DNA of 64,000 bases from Octopus bimaculoides. Lineage: Eukaryota. Positions within the stretch are counted from its first letter, which is position 1, and the number at the start of each line of letters is the position of its first letter. The notes beneath the pieces are model-generated. The model did no database searches and had not been told where the DNA came from. It saw only the letters and a program-made list of their open reading frames with translations. Location: positions 84,145,067 to 84,209,066 of the forward strand of contig NC_068985.1 in assembly GCF_001194135.2 (NCBI RefSeq). The letters run 5' to 3'. A program made the translations under genes and the position numbers. Below, in pieces: positions 13,310-25,044 of this stretch.

Positions 13310-13345
<36 letters not shown>
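13087..13345 (+). mobile_element. SINE family B with (ATT)n tail and internal deletion
   Basis: gcgagctggcagaatc head, gtcgactttgcctttcatcc core, aatttcaggccttgtgcc end. Confidence 0.8.
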
Positions 13346-13353
<8 letters not shown>

Positions 13354-13597
13354 GTTTTCACTGTTTCACTTTTTCTCACTCATATGCATATGTGACAATC
13401 ACTTGATCTCTGTCTTGTTAATTCAGGCCAGTATTTCAATCCATTAACAGATGTCACAGCAGAGGTCAAATCTTGAATTTAAAGTGTCATCTTTTAACTC
13501 GTGTGCTGAAAGGGTCATCTAACTCTGATGCAAGCTGTTGCTGCTTTCTGTCTTCAGTTCATGTCATATCACCCTTCTAAGCATTTCTCCATTTACA

Positions 13598-13628
<31 letters not shown>

Positions 13629-13666
13629 TAACTTTCGCCCACATATGCACACATGACAGTGGCTAT

Positions 13667-14480
13667 AGGTGCGGGAGTGAGTATGTGATAAGTAACTTGC
13701 TTACCAATCACATGGTTCTGGGTTCAGTCGCACTGTGTGGCACCTTGGGCAAGTATCTTCTACTATAGCCTTGAGCCTTGTGAGTGGATTTGGAAGACAG
13801 AAACTGAAAGAAGCCTGTCGTACATATATGTGAGTGTGTGTGTGCGTGTCTGTGTTTGTCCCCTCACTATCACTTGACAACCGATGTTGGCATGTTTACA
13901 CCCCCATAACTTAACAGTTTGGCAAAAGAGACCAATAGAATAAGTACTAGGCTTACAAAGAATAAGTCCTAGGGTCAATTTGTTCAACTAAAGGCGGTAC
14001 TCCAATATGGCCACAGTCAAATGACTAAAGCAAAAACAAAATTATGCATATATATAACATGTATGTGTGTGTGCAGCAAAGGCATGGGTATGTGATTAAC
14101 AAGCTTGCTTTGCAACCATGTGATTTGGGTTTCAGTCCCACTGTGCAACACTTTTGGCCACTGTCTTCTACTATAGCCCTGAGCTAATCAATGCCTTGTG
14201 AATGTATTTGGTAGATGGAAATTGTGCGCAACTCTATCATATATATATGTGTGTGTGTACGTGTGTGCATCTTTGTCTGTCCATCCTACCACTGTTTGGC
14301 AATTGAACATGGTTTGCTTATGTCCTCATAACTTAGTAGTTCAGCAAAAGATCTCAATACAATAAGTACCAAACTTAAAAAAAAAAACCAAGTACTGGGA
14401 TTAATCTGCTTGGCTAAAAACCCATTCACAGCAGTGCCTTAGCATATCTACATCCCAATGACTGAAACAAATAAAAGATA
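13667..14480 (+). mobile_element. Two tandem SINE family A copies (~13667-14035, ~14077-14480)
   Basis: Both show head, core, microsatellite spacer and tail. Confidence 0.85.
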
Positions 14481-14573
14481 AACGGTTGAAAGTCAAGATT
14501 CTTAAATTCATAATTTTTTAATGCAATATTCAACAACAATCTCCAGTTTTTCTCCATGTTGCGTATTTGTAAA

Positions 14574-14899
14574 GACCCTCTTTGGTCATGAATGACCATG
14601 GGATTGCACCTCCAAAGTTACCCTCTGAGGTACAAGTCTGGGCAAGGTTGTTTATGGAAGACCAGCAGTCACCCACGCATACCAGCCTCACTTTTCAATG
14701 CCCCCGATGTTATCCAAAGGTAAAGCAAAGGCTGATACAGCTTGGCAACAGTGATGATGCAACTCATTTCTACAGCTGAGTGAACTGGAGCAATGTTAAA
14801 TAAAGTATCTTGCTGAAGAACGCAACAGTTCAGTCGAAGAATCAACTTCACTACGTCATGATTGTGAGCCCAATGCTCTAGCCACTGAGCCATGTGCCT
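14574..14899 (-). mobile_element. SINE family C (tRNA-derived head, CORE-like middle)
   Basis: Matches 17975-18300 and 18709-19002. Confidence 0.85.
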
Positions 14900-15010
14900 T
14901 CACTGTGTATGTGTACATAGACATATAAATATTTACCTCTAATACAGAATAAAATTTTTTCAAAAAATTTCATAAAGTGGCCAGCATATTAAAATACCTT
15001 TTAAGGTGAA

Positions 15011-15462
15011 AATTGTAAACAATTATAAAAAAGGGCAAAAGAAAAAAAATTCTGTGCCAATATGCTGAGAAATAGACTTTAAGTCATCAATCACCACATA
15101 CAATATACATCACTATAAATACATATCGTGTTGAATCAAGGAAAGCAAGCTAACAGAATTTTTTTAAAATGCATTGTCTTTGTATCGATCGATTTAGGGA
15201 TTAATCTCATGGATTTTTCCACTCGTCAGCAGAAAATATGATAAGAAATAAATGAAATACTTACAAGCACCCATGGAAAAAAGCAGAAGCAAAGTCATGA
15301 GTACACATAAGTACCCCAAATATATCTAAATATAAATTCCGTAGCAAGCCCCAATACATGTGTTCACCAGTCCCGGTGCTGACTGATAATTTTAAGTCTA
15401 TCTCTCAGCATATTGGCATAGAAATTTTTTTCTTTCACCCTTATTTATAATTGTTTATAATT
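15011..15462. mobile_element. Fold-back element with 87-bp inverted arms enclosing a hammerhead-like motif
   Basis: 15011-15097 versus 15376-15462 is about 85% identical when inverted. A CTGACGA-stem-GAGA motif lies on the minus strand at 15195-15232. Confidence 0.7.
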
Positions 15463-15493
15463 AGACATATAAATATATACAAATATATACAAA

Positions 15494-15722
15494 GACACCA
15501 TTTCGAGCGTGGCCGTTTTCGTGCGGGTGACACGTAAAAGCACCCACTACACTCTCTGAGTGGTTGGCGTTAGGAAGGGCATCCAGCTGTAGAAACTCTG
15601 CCAAATCAGACTGGAGCCTGGTGTTGCCATCCGGTTTCACCAGTCCTCAGTCAAATCGTCCAACCCATGCTAGCATGGAAAGCGGACGTTAAACGATGAT
15701 GATGATGATGATGATGATGATG
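15494..15722 (+). mobile_element. Young 5'-truncated family D retroposon with (GAT)n tail
   Basis: CpGs are retained and the (GAT)n tail is perfect. An imperfect target-site duplication is present (acaaatatatacaaa / acaaatatccaaa). Confidence 0.85.
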
Positions 15723-15734
15723 ACAAATATCCAA

Positions 15735-15955
15735 AACAATGGTTTCAAATTAATGGCACAAAGCCAGCAAGTTTGGGTGAGTGATAAGTTGATTACATTG
15801 ACCCCAGTGCTTAACTGGTACTTATTTTATCAACCATGAAAGAATGAAAGGCAAAGTCAACCTCAGCAGAATTTGAAGTCAGATTGAAAAGATGGAGACA
15901 ATGTTGCTAAGCATTTTGTCTGGCATGTTGATGATTCTGCCAGCTTGCCATCTTA
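15735..15955 (-). mobile_element. SINE family B
   Basis: Reverse complement of the family B core and head. Confidence 0.8.
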
Positions 15956-16780
15956 CAGATCTCTAAAATAATCCTAGTATTTTCTTTCATTTCATGCCAG
16001 GTGAAAACCTGTAACTTCATTTCAGGGAAATGACCTGAAATCTCTAAGATTTCCTTAATCAGGAAAGTTCCCAAAACTCTCAATCACTGTCTTTCTGACC
16101 AGTCTTAGTTGTTTCAAGCTAATTTGCTTTTTGTCATACAAAAGTTAAAGTACAAAGTGCGTACAACTAAGAAATGGTGATTATAAGAAGCTTGTAAATA
16201 TCATTATAGTAATTAAAAGGCAAAAACAAAAAAGAAGAAAAGAAAAAGAAAACGAAATAAAAATTATTTCAACAACAGAGGATAGAACAAGACATTCAAT
16301 TTTCTAAAAATGTCAGAGAATTCATATTTAAGATCACGGTAATTAATATCCTAATTTTGCTGGTTGCTGTTGTCTTTTAAGATATTTTACTTCTTCATCA
16401 AGTCCATTCAACCAGGTGTAGAACTTATGGTCAATCACATATTGGTCTTTAATTTGCATTATGTTTTTCAACATACACAAATTACTACAAGGGGAATAAT
16501 AAAAAATTACAATTAAATAATTATTGTTATTATTGGTTTTTTCCTTATTATTATTATCATTATTATTATTATTGCATTTTTCCTTTCTCTACATGCTCAC
16601 TGATATTTCAATATAGATTCTCCTTAACTTTTCTCTTGCTCTGTGTCTTTGTTTTTGTTTTACTTCGTTTCATTTTGATTCCTCTTCTTTTGTACCTCTT
16701 TTTTCTACCTCATTGCTGCTTTATCTGATTGCCATCCATCTAAAATACTTCGTCAAGAAATCATTTTCATTTTCATTACA

Positions 16781-16784
<4 letters not shown>

Positions 16785-16847
<63 letters not shown>
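16785..16847. repeat. (CT)n microsatellite
   Basis: Read directly from the sequence. Confidence 0.97.
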
Positions 16848-16850
<3 letters not shown>

Positions 16851-17974
16851 GTTTGTCCCCACCCTGACCTCTCTTTCCTATAGGTCCTGATATTTCCAAT
16901 TGTTTTACTCTTGGCTTATGCCTATTAAGCAAAGTGAAAATGTGCTTATAATCCACTATTTAATTACCGCTACCAAATAAATATCACTTTTCTATATTGT
17001 TAGTCTCTCACTCATTATTTTAATCATCTCAGCATATTGATTTGATTGATTTAAATTTTTGCTTGATTCTTTTTTTTTCTTCTATTCCCATCATCATAAG
17101 CATAAACATCAGCAGCATCAGTGTCATGAAAATAATCACATCACTGGCATCTCCCCACTGTCTCTCTTCTACTTTCATTATCATCATTTCCTTTTTAGTT
17201 TTAATGGTCTCAGAATATTTGGTCGCACACATGAAATGACACCATATTCAAACAAGTGTTAATATACTGTGCACCAAACTTATCAAACCCACACCAGCAT
17301 AGAAAATCATACATACAGATGATTATTGTAATGATCTCTGATCTCAAGGCTGGAATGATCTAATGAAAATCTCAATATTACTGTTATTATTCAGCAAAAA
17401 GAATATTTTGTCAGTGCCCAAGGAATTCAAGAATCGTATCGGTTTCTCATGAAAATATCCGTTTATACTACTACCCTCTTAATTTGTTTTTTGTCCCTCT
17501 GATTGTTAGTGATTGATGGTAGGAAGTTTTTAACTCGTATTAAATTCAGTTGTTTTTTTGTTTTGTTTTTTTGTGTAAAAAAAAGCAAAAAATTTTTTTT
17601 TGCTTTCTCCCAACTGAGATACATTCAAAGACTAATGTTTCTTCATCAAATATTCATACTGATCAACAGCAGCAAACCAATTGAAAAGCCAAAACTAGTA
17701 TATTCTTCTTCTTTTAGTTGTTTCAAGTATCTTCATTACATTTTCTATCATGGATGATAGAGATTGATTACTTGAGTTTCTCAAATGAGGAATAATTAGA
17801 ATCAAAGTAAAATTGAGTTGAAGCTATTGCCTTCAGTAGGCAATGGCACCAACATGATGGTTTAGAAAAATACACAATCACCTAAGGTGTGTGAATATGT
17901 ACACATGTGTGTGCATCCTCATCTGTGTGCATGTATTTATCTGCCTATGTGTATGTACCATTATGTGTGCGTAA

Positions 17975-18300
17975 GGTGCATGGTTCAGTGGTTACAGTGT
18001 TTGGCTCACAATCATGAGGTAGTGAGCTCAATTCCTGGACTGGGCTGTGGGTAGTGTTCTTGAGCAAGACATTTTATTTTTCACATTGCTCCAGTTCACT
18101 CAGCTGTAGAAATGTGTTGCAACAGCAATGGTGCCAAACTGTATTGGCCTTTGCCTTTCCCTTGGATAACATCTGTGGCGTGGAGAGGGGAGGCTGGTAT
18201 GCATGGACAACTGCTGGTCTTCTATAAACAACCTTGTCAAGACTTGTGCCTCAGGGGGTAACTTTGTAGGTGCAATCCCATGGACCCCCAAAGGTGGTCT
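17975..18300 (+). mobile_element. SINE family C, full length
   Basis: ggtgcatggttcagtggtta A-box head; gtgttcttgagcaagacatt...ctcagctgtagaaatg core. Confidence 0.85.
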
Positions 18301-18708
18301 CCACTCTCTCTCTTTCTCTCTCTCTGTATATATATGTTAGTGTGTGTTTGTATTTTTGTGTATGTATATATATAATGGTAGTCTCTCTCTTAGTCTGAGA
18401 AAGACATTTGTGCAATTTCTTGCTGAACAACCTGCACAAATGATTTTTTTATAGGTGATCGAATGTTTGTGCTGAACATTAGCTCCCTCACTCCATCAAA
18501 TCAACGTTTGTCTGAACAGGGTGCACAGTGTACCACACATCAGGTGTCAAAGTGATCACAGAGCAACATGAGCTGAAGTGTTTTGCTCAAGAATGTAATG
18601 CACCACCTGATCCAAGATTTGAAACCATAATCTCATTATCACTAGTTAAACACACTAACTACTAGATCATACACACACGTACAAACATATACATGCATAT
18701 ACATGCTG

Positions 18709-19002
18709 AGACCCCCTTCGGTCATGACTGACCATAGGATTGCAGCTAGAAAGTTACCCTCCCAGGCACAAGTCCGAGGAAGGCTGTTTATGGAAGACCA
18801 GCAGTCACCCATGCATACCGGCCTCCCCTCTCCATGCCACCAGTATTAACCAAGGGAAAGGCAAAGTCGATACAGCTGAGTGAACTGGAGTAAAATGAAA
18901 TAAAGTGTCTTGCTCAAGAACACAATGCGTAGCCCGGTCTGGGATTCAAACTCACAACCTCGTGATCATAAGCTCGATGCTCTAACCACTGAGCCATGCG
19001 CC
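18709..19002 (-). mobile_element. SINE family C, younger copy with an internal deletion between two tacagc repeats
   Basis: Comparison with the 14574 copy shows loss of the segment between gatacagc and tctacagc. Confidence 0.85.
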
Positions 19003-19044
19003 TTCACATGCATATACATAATACATATATATATATATCATCCT

Positions 19045-19638
19045 TGCCTTCGAAACGCGGAGTAGATGGAACAGGGACAACTGAAGAAGAGAAATATTCT
19101 TTATGTTGCATGTCTCGTTTCTCTGTTTGTTTTTTTCATTGTTTGAAAAAATGTTCGTTTTCTGTCTTCGTCTTTATGTTTTCGTTTCTCATTGTGTTTA
19201 TAACGTTTTTTTGGATGTCCTGTACCCATATATGCATGTATGTATACATATAGATGTAGGTATGTACATATATGTATGGACATATGCATATATTTATATA
19301 TTATTTATGTTATTATATGCATATATATGCTGATATACACATATTTATACATGTGTGTGTAAAATGGATATTGCACTCGATATAACACTCGATAAAATAG
19401 ATAAGTGAAGAAACAACAAAATAAGAGTGGCAAGAAGTTTAATGAATATTATCTGGAAAATAAAAATTCTGAAATAGTTTTTCACAAGACATGTGTTTAG
19501 AAGAAAGGATAATAGATGGAATAGAATACTGATAGAGTGGACATGACGTCCTGAAAAAAAGGTGGGGAAGACCATGCAGAAGTTCGAATGTGTGTATATG
19601 TCACATATATACCTATGTCTGTGTGTGTGTGTATATAA

Positions 19639-19695
<57 letters not shown>

Positions 19696-19960
19696 TGCAT
19701 ATGTGTGTGTGTGTATATGTATGTATATATATATATATAATATAAATAATATGTGAGTATATGCATATATACATACATATATGTACATACCTACATCTAC
19801 ATGTATATATAGATGCATTTCTGGGTACAGGACGTCACAAAAAAACGTGGACAAAATGAAAAGCAAGACATAAACAGAGCACAGAAAACACACAGGCCAC
19901 ATAGAGAACATTCCTCATCAGCTGCCACCATTCTAAAACTAAGCGTTTTGAAGAGTTAGG
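19045..19960. mobile_element. Inverted pair of a Penelope-like repeat family (~19045-19330 and ~19720-19960) around an RTE-like fragment
   Basis: The shared gtcctgtaccca...tagatgtaggtatgtacatatatgtatg block is inverted. [11 protein letters not shown]...GRP-like sequence lies at ~19505-19580. Confidence 0.6.
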
Positions 19961-20137
19961 GCATATATATACATATATATATATATGCACACACATATAT
20001 CTATGTACACACACACACACACACACATATGTGCACACACGCATAAACACACACACACACACATATACGTATAAATTACTTAAAAGATGGCTAGTAACTG
20101 AATGCTTCTGTGTGTTTACCATCAGTCAGTCACTTAC

Positions 20138-20180
20138 CTATATGAATACACATTGTATGAAGATATGGAATATGCCGTAG
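20138..20180 (-). CDS. Candidate 43-nt exon
   Basis: Branch CTAAC, acceptor tctttctttag, donor G|gtaagtg. Two frames are open. Product unknown. Confidence 0.35.
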
Positions 20181-20985
20181 CTAAAGAAAGAGTTAGTCGA
20201 AATAAAGGATTAAATACATTATATCAACTATAATATAATATTGAATGCAAGTGTGTTAATGTATTTCCATTCAATTTCAGGTCTATTAAGCATACTCTGT
20301 CACTTTTATATTTCCTTTCCATTACATTTCTGATATGCTTTTATGAATATTTATTATATTTACGATGTTATTTGATGATAATATTCTAGATTATCTTGCT
20401 ATACAAGATTGCCACTTACAATTTTATTACATGCATAAATAAAATTCCACTAAATTAGATGGAACAAAAGATCACTAACTCTAATCAAGATCATTGTTCG
20501 GTCTTTGGTTTGTTTTTACTAGTATTATGTGTGTTTGTTTGTTTGTTTGTTTGATTGTTGTGTGTTTGTTGTCATTGTTATTGTTATTCACTTATTTGTT
20601 GTTGTTTTTGTTGTTGTTTGGTTTTGAAATATTCTTCATGTAATTAAAGGTGAAACTAACTCATTAGCAAAAATTCCAGTACTGGAAAAATTTCTTTGCT
20701 TCTTTTAAGCAATGGTTAGCAAAATAGGAAACTTACCAGTATTGTTAACTCTTGATATGTAACAAACATACAAACACAATGATATTGATAATGCTATAGC
20801 AGACAAAATAATGACATAACTGTAAAATTACCAGATTAATCTAGCAGTGTTTAACTAACTGCCACTTAAATCCAGCTGGTTCGTTTTAGTCTTTCCTCTT
20901 TTTAATTAAACTTGAAGCAACTCTTATATGCTTGCACACTAGGATTTCATAACATACATTATACATGCATACATCTAGAGATTCT

Positions 20986-21432
20986 CAATATAGTACTCAA
21001 TATATTACTTAATATAGTACTTGATATAGTACTCGATATAATGCTCGATATAGTACTTGATATAACACTTGATATATTACTCTATATAGTACTCAATATA
21101 GTACTCTATATAGTACTTAATATAGCACTCTATATGGTACTCGATATAGTACTCTATATAGTACTTGATATAGTACTCTATATAATACTCGATATAGTAC
21201 TCTATATAGCACTTGATATAGCACTCTATATAGTACTCGATATAGTACTCTATATAGTACTTGATATAGTACTCTATATAGTACTCGATATAGCACTCTA
21301 TATAGTACTCAACATAGTACTCTGTATAGTACTTGATATAGTACTCGATATAGCACTCAATATAGTACTCAATATAGTATTTGATATAGTACTTGATAGA
21401 GTACTCAATATAGTAATCAATGTAGTACTCGA
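20986..21432. repeat. 12-bp minisatellite (consensus ctcgatatagta), about 37 copies
   Basis: Direct periodicity. It explains the (LDIV/LYIV)n and (YIEY)n ORFs. Confidence 0.95.
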
Positions 21433-21447
21433 ATGATTTGAACTTAC

Positions 21448-21493
21448 ATTCTGACATCTTTACCAGGGCTCAAGTCCATGGAGTAAAGAGTGC
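21448..21493 (-). CDS. Candidate 46-nt exon, (G)TLYSMDLSPGKDVR
   Basis: Acceptor cctacattcctcttgtag, donor |gtaagt. Only the phase-1 frame is open. Confidence 0.35.
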
Positions 21494-22334
21494 CTACAAG
21501 AGGAATGTAGGTGAGCAGATATGGAGACAATTGTGCAAATAAGCAAATAAAACTGCTTGGATTTGATATATAAAACAGAGAGAACACATGTAAATAGAGA
21601 GAAAGCAAAGACTGAAAATTTTCAGACAATGAGTATTCAAGTATAAATATATAGATATTTAAGTTAAAAGAACAAACTTACATAGAGTACAGATGACAGA
21701 GAAAATTAAAGGGGTGAATTGTATGGTGTTACAAGTCTGACAGTTGTTTCTGGGGGCTCAGAGATCCTTCATAGCGCTGGCAGAAGTAGTTCACCAGAAT
21801 ATGTCACTAGTAATGGAAGGAAATAAATAATGAATAAATCCAGCCTCCATCTTTAGGGTAGAAAAAAAAATCTGACTTCTCAGAGAAGTTTAAAGGTGGA
21901 ATTGTGAAAGTGGAAGCAAGCACCTTCTAGCTTTGTTTATTTTTTCAGCAAACTCTTTTCTGATCAGTGTTTATATCCACTGACTGATAAAAGAAACCCT
22001 TATTTGCACTGTGTACAGGAAGAACTGAAACATTGATTTGCATATTTATTCTCTATACACTCCTGTAGGTTCCAACACAAAATATACTAGTTGCTGTTGT
22101 GTATGTTACTGGTGGACAACTTCTACCTTTTATGATGACAGCGTGTTCAAAACTCAGTGCGTTGGTGCAAGAGATTCTGGGACTCTAGTGTTCCAGCACA
22201 TTGTATCTCATCAACCAAAAGTACCCTGACTTTTTGAGCCTAAACAAGCCGCTGGCTTTGTTTATTATTTCAGCGAACAAGCTGTTTTCATATCAGTTCT
22301 TACATTAATCAGCCAACAGATTAAAAAATATCAT

Positions 22335-22406
22335 TGTGTGCAGTGAGATCTAAAATGATGATCTACATATTTATGCAAATCATCATTTCAGATCTCACTA
22401 TACACA
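22335..22406. other. 72-nt hairpin with a 28-bp stem
   Basis: 25 Watson-Crick pairs, 1 G-U pair, 2 mismatches, 16-nt loop. Confidence 0.8.
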
Positions 22407-23677
22407 GAGCAAGTAATGATCTATTATTATTAAGTCAGTAAGCTGGTAGATTCATTAGCATGCTGAACAAAATTATTAGTAGCATTTTTTGTGGCCTTCT
22501 GTTCTGAGTTCAGATGCCATATAGCTCAACTTAATTTTTCATCCTTTTAGGGTTGATAAAATAAGTGCCAGCTATATAAGTACTGGCAAAAATAAAAAAT
22601 AAAGTACCAGTTATATAAGTACAGATTGACCCTGGTATTCATCCAAATATTGAAGTCAGTGAAATCAGCTTTCTCCTTCCTCAAAATTGCTGGCTTTGTT
22701 TCAAAAATTAGAAACAATTATCATCATAATCATCTTTTATATACATATATAAAATATACATAGACGTATATATATCACCACCAACATTGTTGTTATTTTT
22801 ATGTTCACTTTTTCATGATGCTGTTTGTGTGTATGTATTTATATGTTTGCTTGTTTCATTCATGTACTGCTACCATACTGAGACACCATCTGCTAATATG
22901 TATCCAATATCATTTAAACGTATTATGTCTATCATAATACATTTAAACGATACTGGATTAATTATCGAATACAGGTACCTAATAACGAATTGCCCTCTTA
23001 ATGACTGGTACCAATCCCAGCGGTTGTACGATTTATCACTGATAATTTGGAGAAATAAAGTTAGAAGTTAGTGTCACTAATATTTTGCAGTCACGCTGAA
23101 ATATAGAACTAATGCTCCTGTCTCGGTAACCTTCTTCACACTCAGAAGAATTCTCTCAGTTGACTCCCCCACTCTGTTATGTCACTGCTGTCAAAACTTA
23201 ACTTGCAAATTGAGAAGAATTGAACTTAGTTTGTGTTTGTTTGCATGACACTGACACTTAATCTTGATGCCACAATGCTGCATGTCTTGGGATTTGCCTT
23301 CATCGAGCAAAGTAAAATAGAATGAAAAATGTATCAAAGTGTTTCAAATCATTATAAATCTAAGAAATTATCACCATCATCATCATCATCATTCTTATTG
23401 TCATTATATTGTCATTATTATTAATTAATGCTTTTCTTTTATCTATTGTTTACATTGTTTCTCTTTTAGAGGTTTTATGTAACCTGCACCAACCATGTTT
23501 GGGTCTTGTGTTTTTCTGCACTGTCCTCTTTCCCCTGAGCTTTTGTAGCTAACAAAGAAATTATTATTATTATTATTATAGTTGTTGCTAAGGCTGCAAG
23601 CTGGCAGAAGCATAAGCATGCCCCACAAAGTGCTTAGTGGCATTCTTTCAACTTTATGTTCTGAGTGTATGTTCATA

Positions 23678-23840
23678 GGCGCAGGAGTGGCTGTGTGGTA
23701 AGTAGCTTGCTTACCAACCACATGGTTCTGGGTTCATTCCCACTACGTGGCACCATGGGCAAGTGTCTTCTACTATAGCCTCGGGCCGACCAAAGCCTTG
23801 TGAGTGGATTTGGTAGACGGAAACTGAAAGAAATCCATCG

Positions 23841-23871
<31 letters not shown>

Positions 23872-24090
23872 GTGTGTTTGTGTGTCTGTGTTTGTCCCCC
23901 CAACATCGCTTGACAACTGATGCTGGTGTGTTTACGTCCCCGTAACTTAGCGGTTCGGAAAAAGAGACCGATAGAATAAGTACTAGGCTTACAAAGAATA
24001 AGTCCTGGGTTCGATTTGCTCGACTAAAGGTGGTGCTCTAGCATGGCCACAGTCAAAGGACTGAAACAAGTAAAAGAGTAAAAGAGTGAA
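23678..24090 (+). mobile_element. SINE family A, young full-length copy nested in a family B copy (~23590-24235)
   Basis: Intact ggcgcaggagtggctgtgtggtaag head and gtaaaagagtaaaagag tail. The family B head lies upstream and the family B body downstream. Confidence 0.9.
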
Positions 24091-24907
24091 GAGTTAAAAA
24101 TCTACTGAGGTGAGCTTTTCGTTTCATCTTTTAGGGGTTAATAAAATAAGCGCCACTTGTGCACAGGGGTTGATGTAATTAACTAGCCTCCACTCCCCAA
24201 ATGTCTGGCCTTGTACCTACAGTAGAAAGGATTATTATCTTGACTACTACTACTACTACTACTACTAGTATAATTATTTTTATTTATATCTTTATTTGTC
24301 TTCTTTAAAGTCCACATTATTACATATTGGTAACCCTTTATCACAACATATATTCCATTATTGCTTAAGGAACGAAGTATTAATTTCTGACATTTTTTCT
24401 TTTTAACAAGGAGCTCAGCAAATAAACAAATAAGAATAAAAAAGAATAATATAAAAGAACACAAAAATATAAAGATAAAAGGATTAAAATATGTGAATAT
24501 AAAAAAGATAACAAAAAGAAATGTTAGAAAAATATTGTTATCTGAGGCCAGTTAACAAGACAATATATACATGTTTTATTGTTTTCAGTACTTGTTTCAT
24601 TAGCTGGAATTACGTAATTCTATGTTGTTGTTAAAGATATTTACATTTCCTCAACTTACTCACTGCTAAGTTTCACAGTAAGAATATAAATTGTGATGAT
24701 AGTTAACAAGGACAGCAACAGCATTGACAATAAACAAAAGCTAGTCATCATGATGTAGCTTCAGAGTTGTGCAGGGCTTATGAAGACTTCTAAACAGCTG
24801 GAATGCATCCACCCACAAACACAAGATATATGTATGTATATATGTATATACACATGTATGTATATATGTATGTATGTATGCATGTATATGCATATGTATA
24901 TACATGC

Positions 24908-24940
<33 letters not shown>

Positions 24941-24980
24941 CGTGTGTGTGTGTGCTTGCAAAAATATATATGTATATATG

Positions 24981-25044
<64 letters not shown>

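Noticed and set aside
15263-15323. Minus-strand 61-nt exon candidate with a gtaagt donor
   Set aside because: It lies inside the fold-back repeat and has a weak acceptor, so it is likely repeat-derived.
7031-17760. Several plus-strand acceptors followed by short frames ending in stops (for example near 7496, 10522, 12614, 16886, 17205, 17415)
   Set aside because: They cannot be distinguished from background. Pyrimidine tract plus AG is frequent in this composition and no homology was recognised.
20912-21457. 174-aa and 126-aa ORFs; possible CRISPR-like array
   Set aside because: Both ORFs are products of the 12-bp minisatellite. There are no unique spacers and the context is eukaryotic.
21452-21470. 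Partial match to miR-8 (GGTAAAGATGTC on the minus strand)
   Set aside because: The seed region does not match and there is no precursor hairpin.
22160-22230. Minus-strand VLLVDEIQCAGTLES, faintly like an SRCR domain
   Set aside because: The frame is closed by stops on both sides and the other conserved cysteines are absent.
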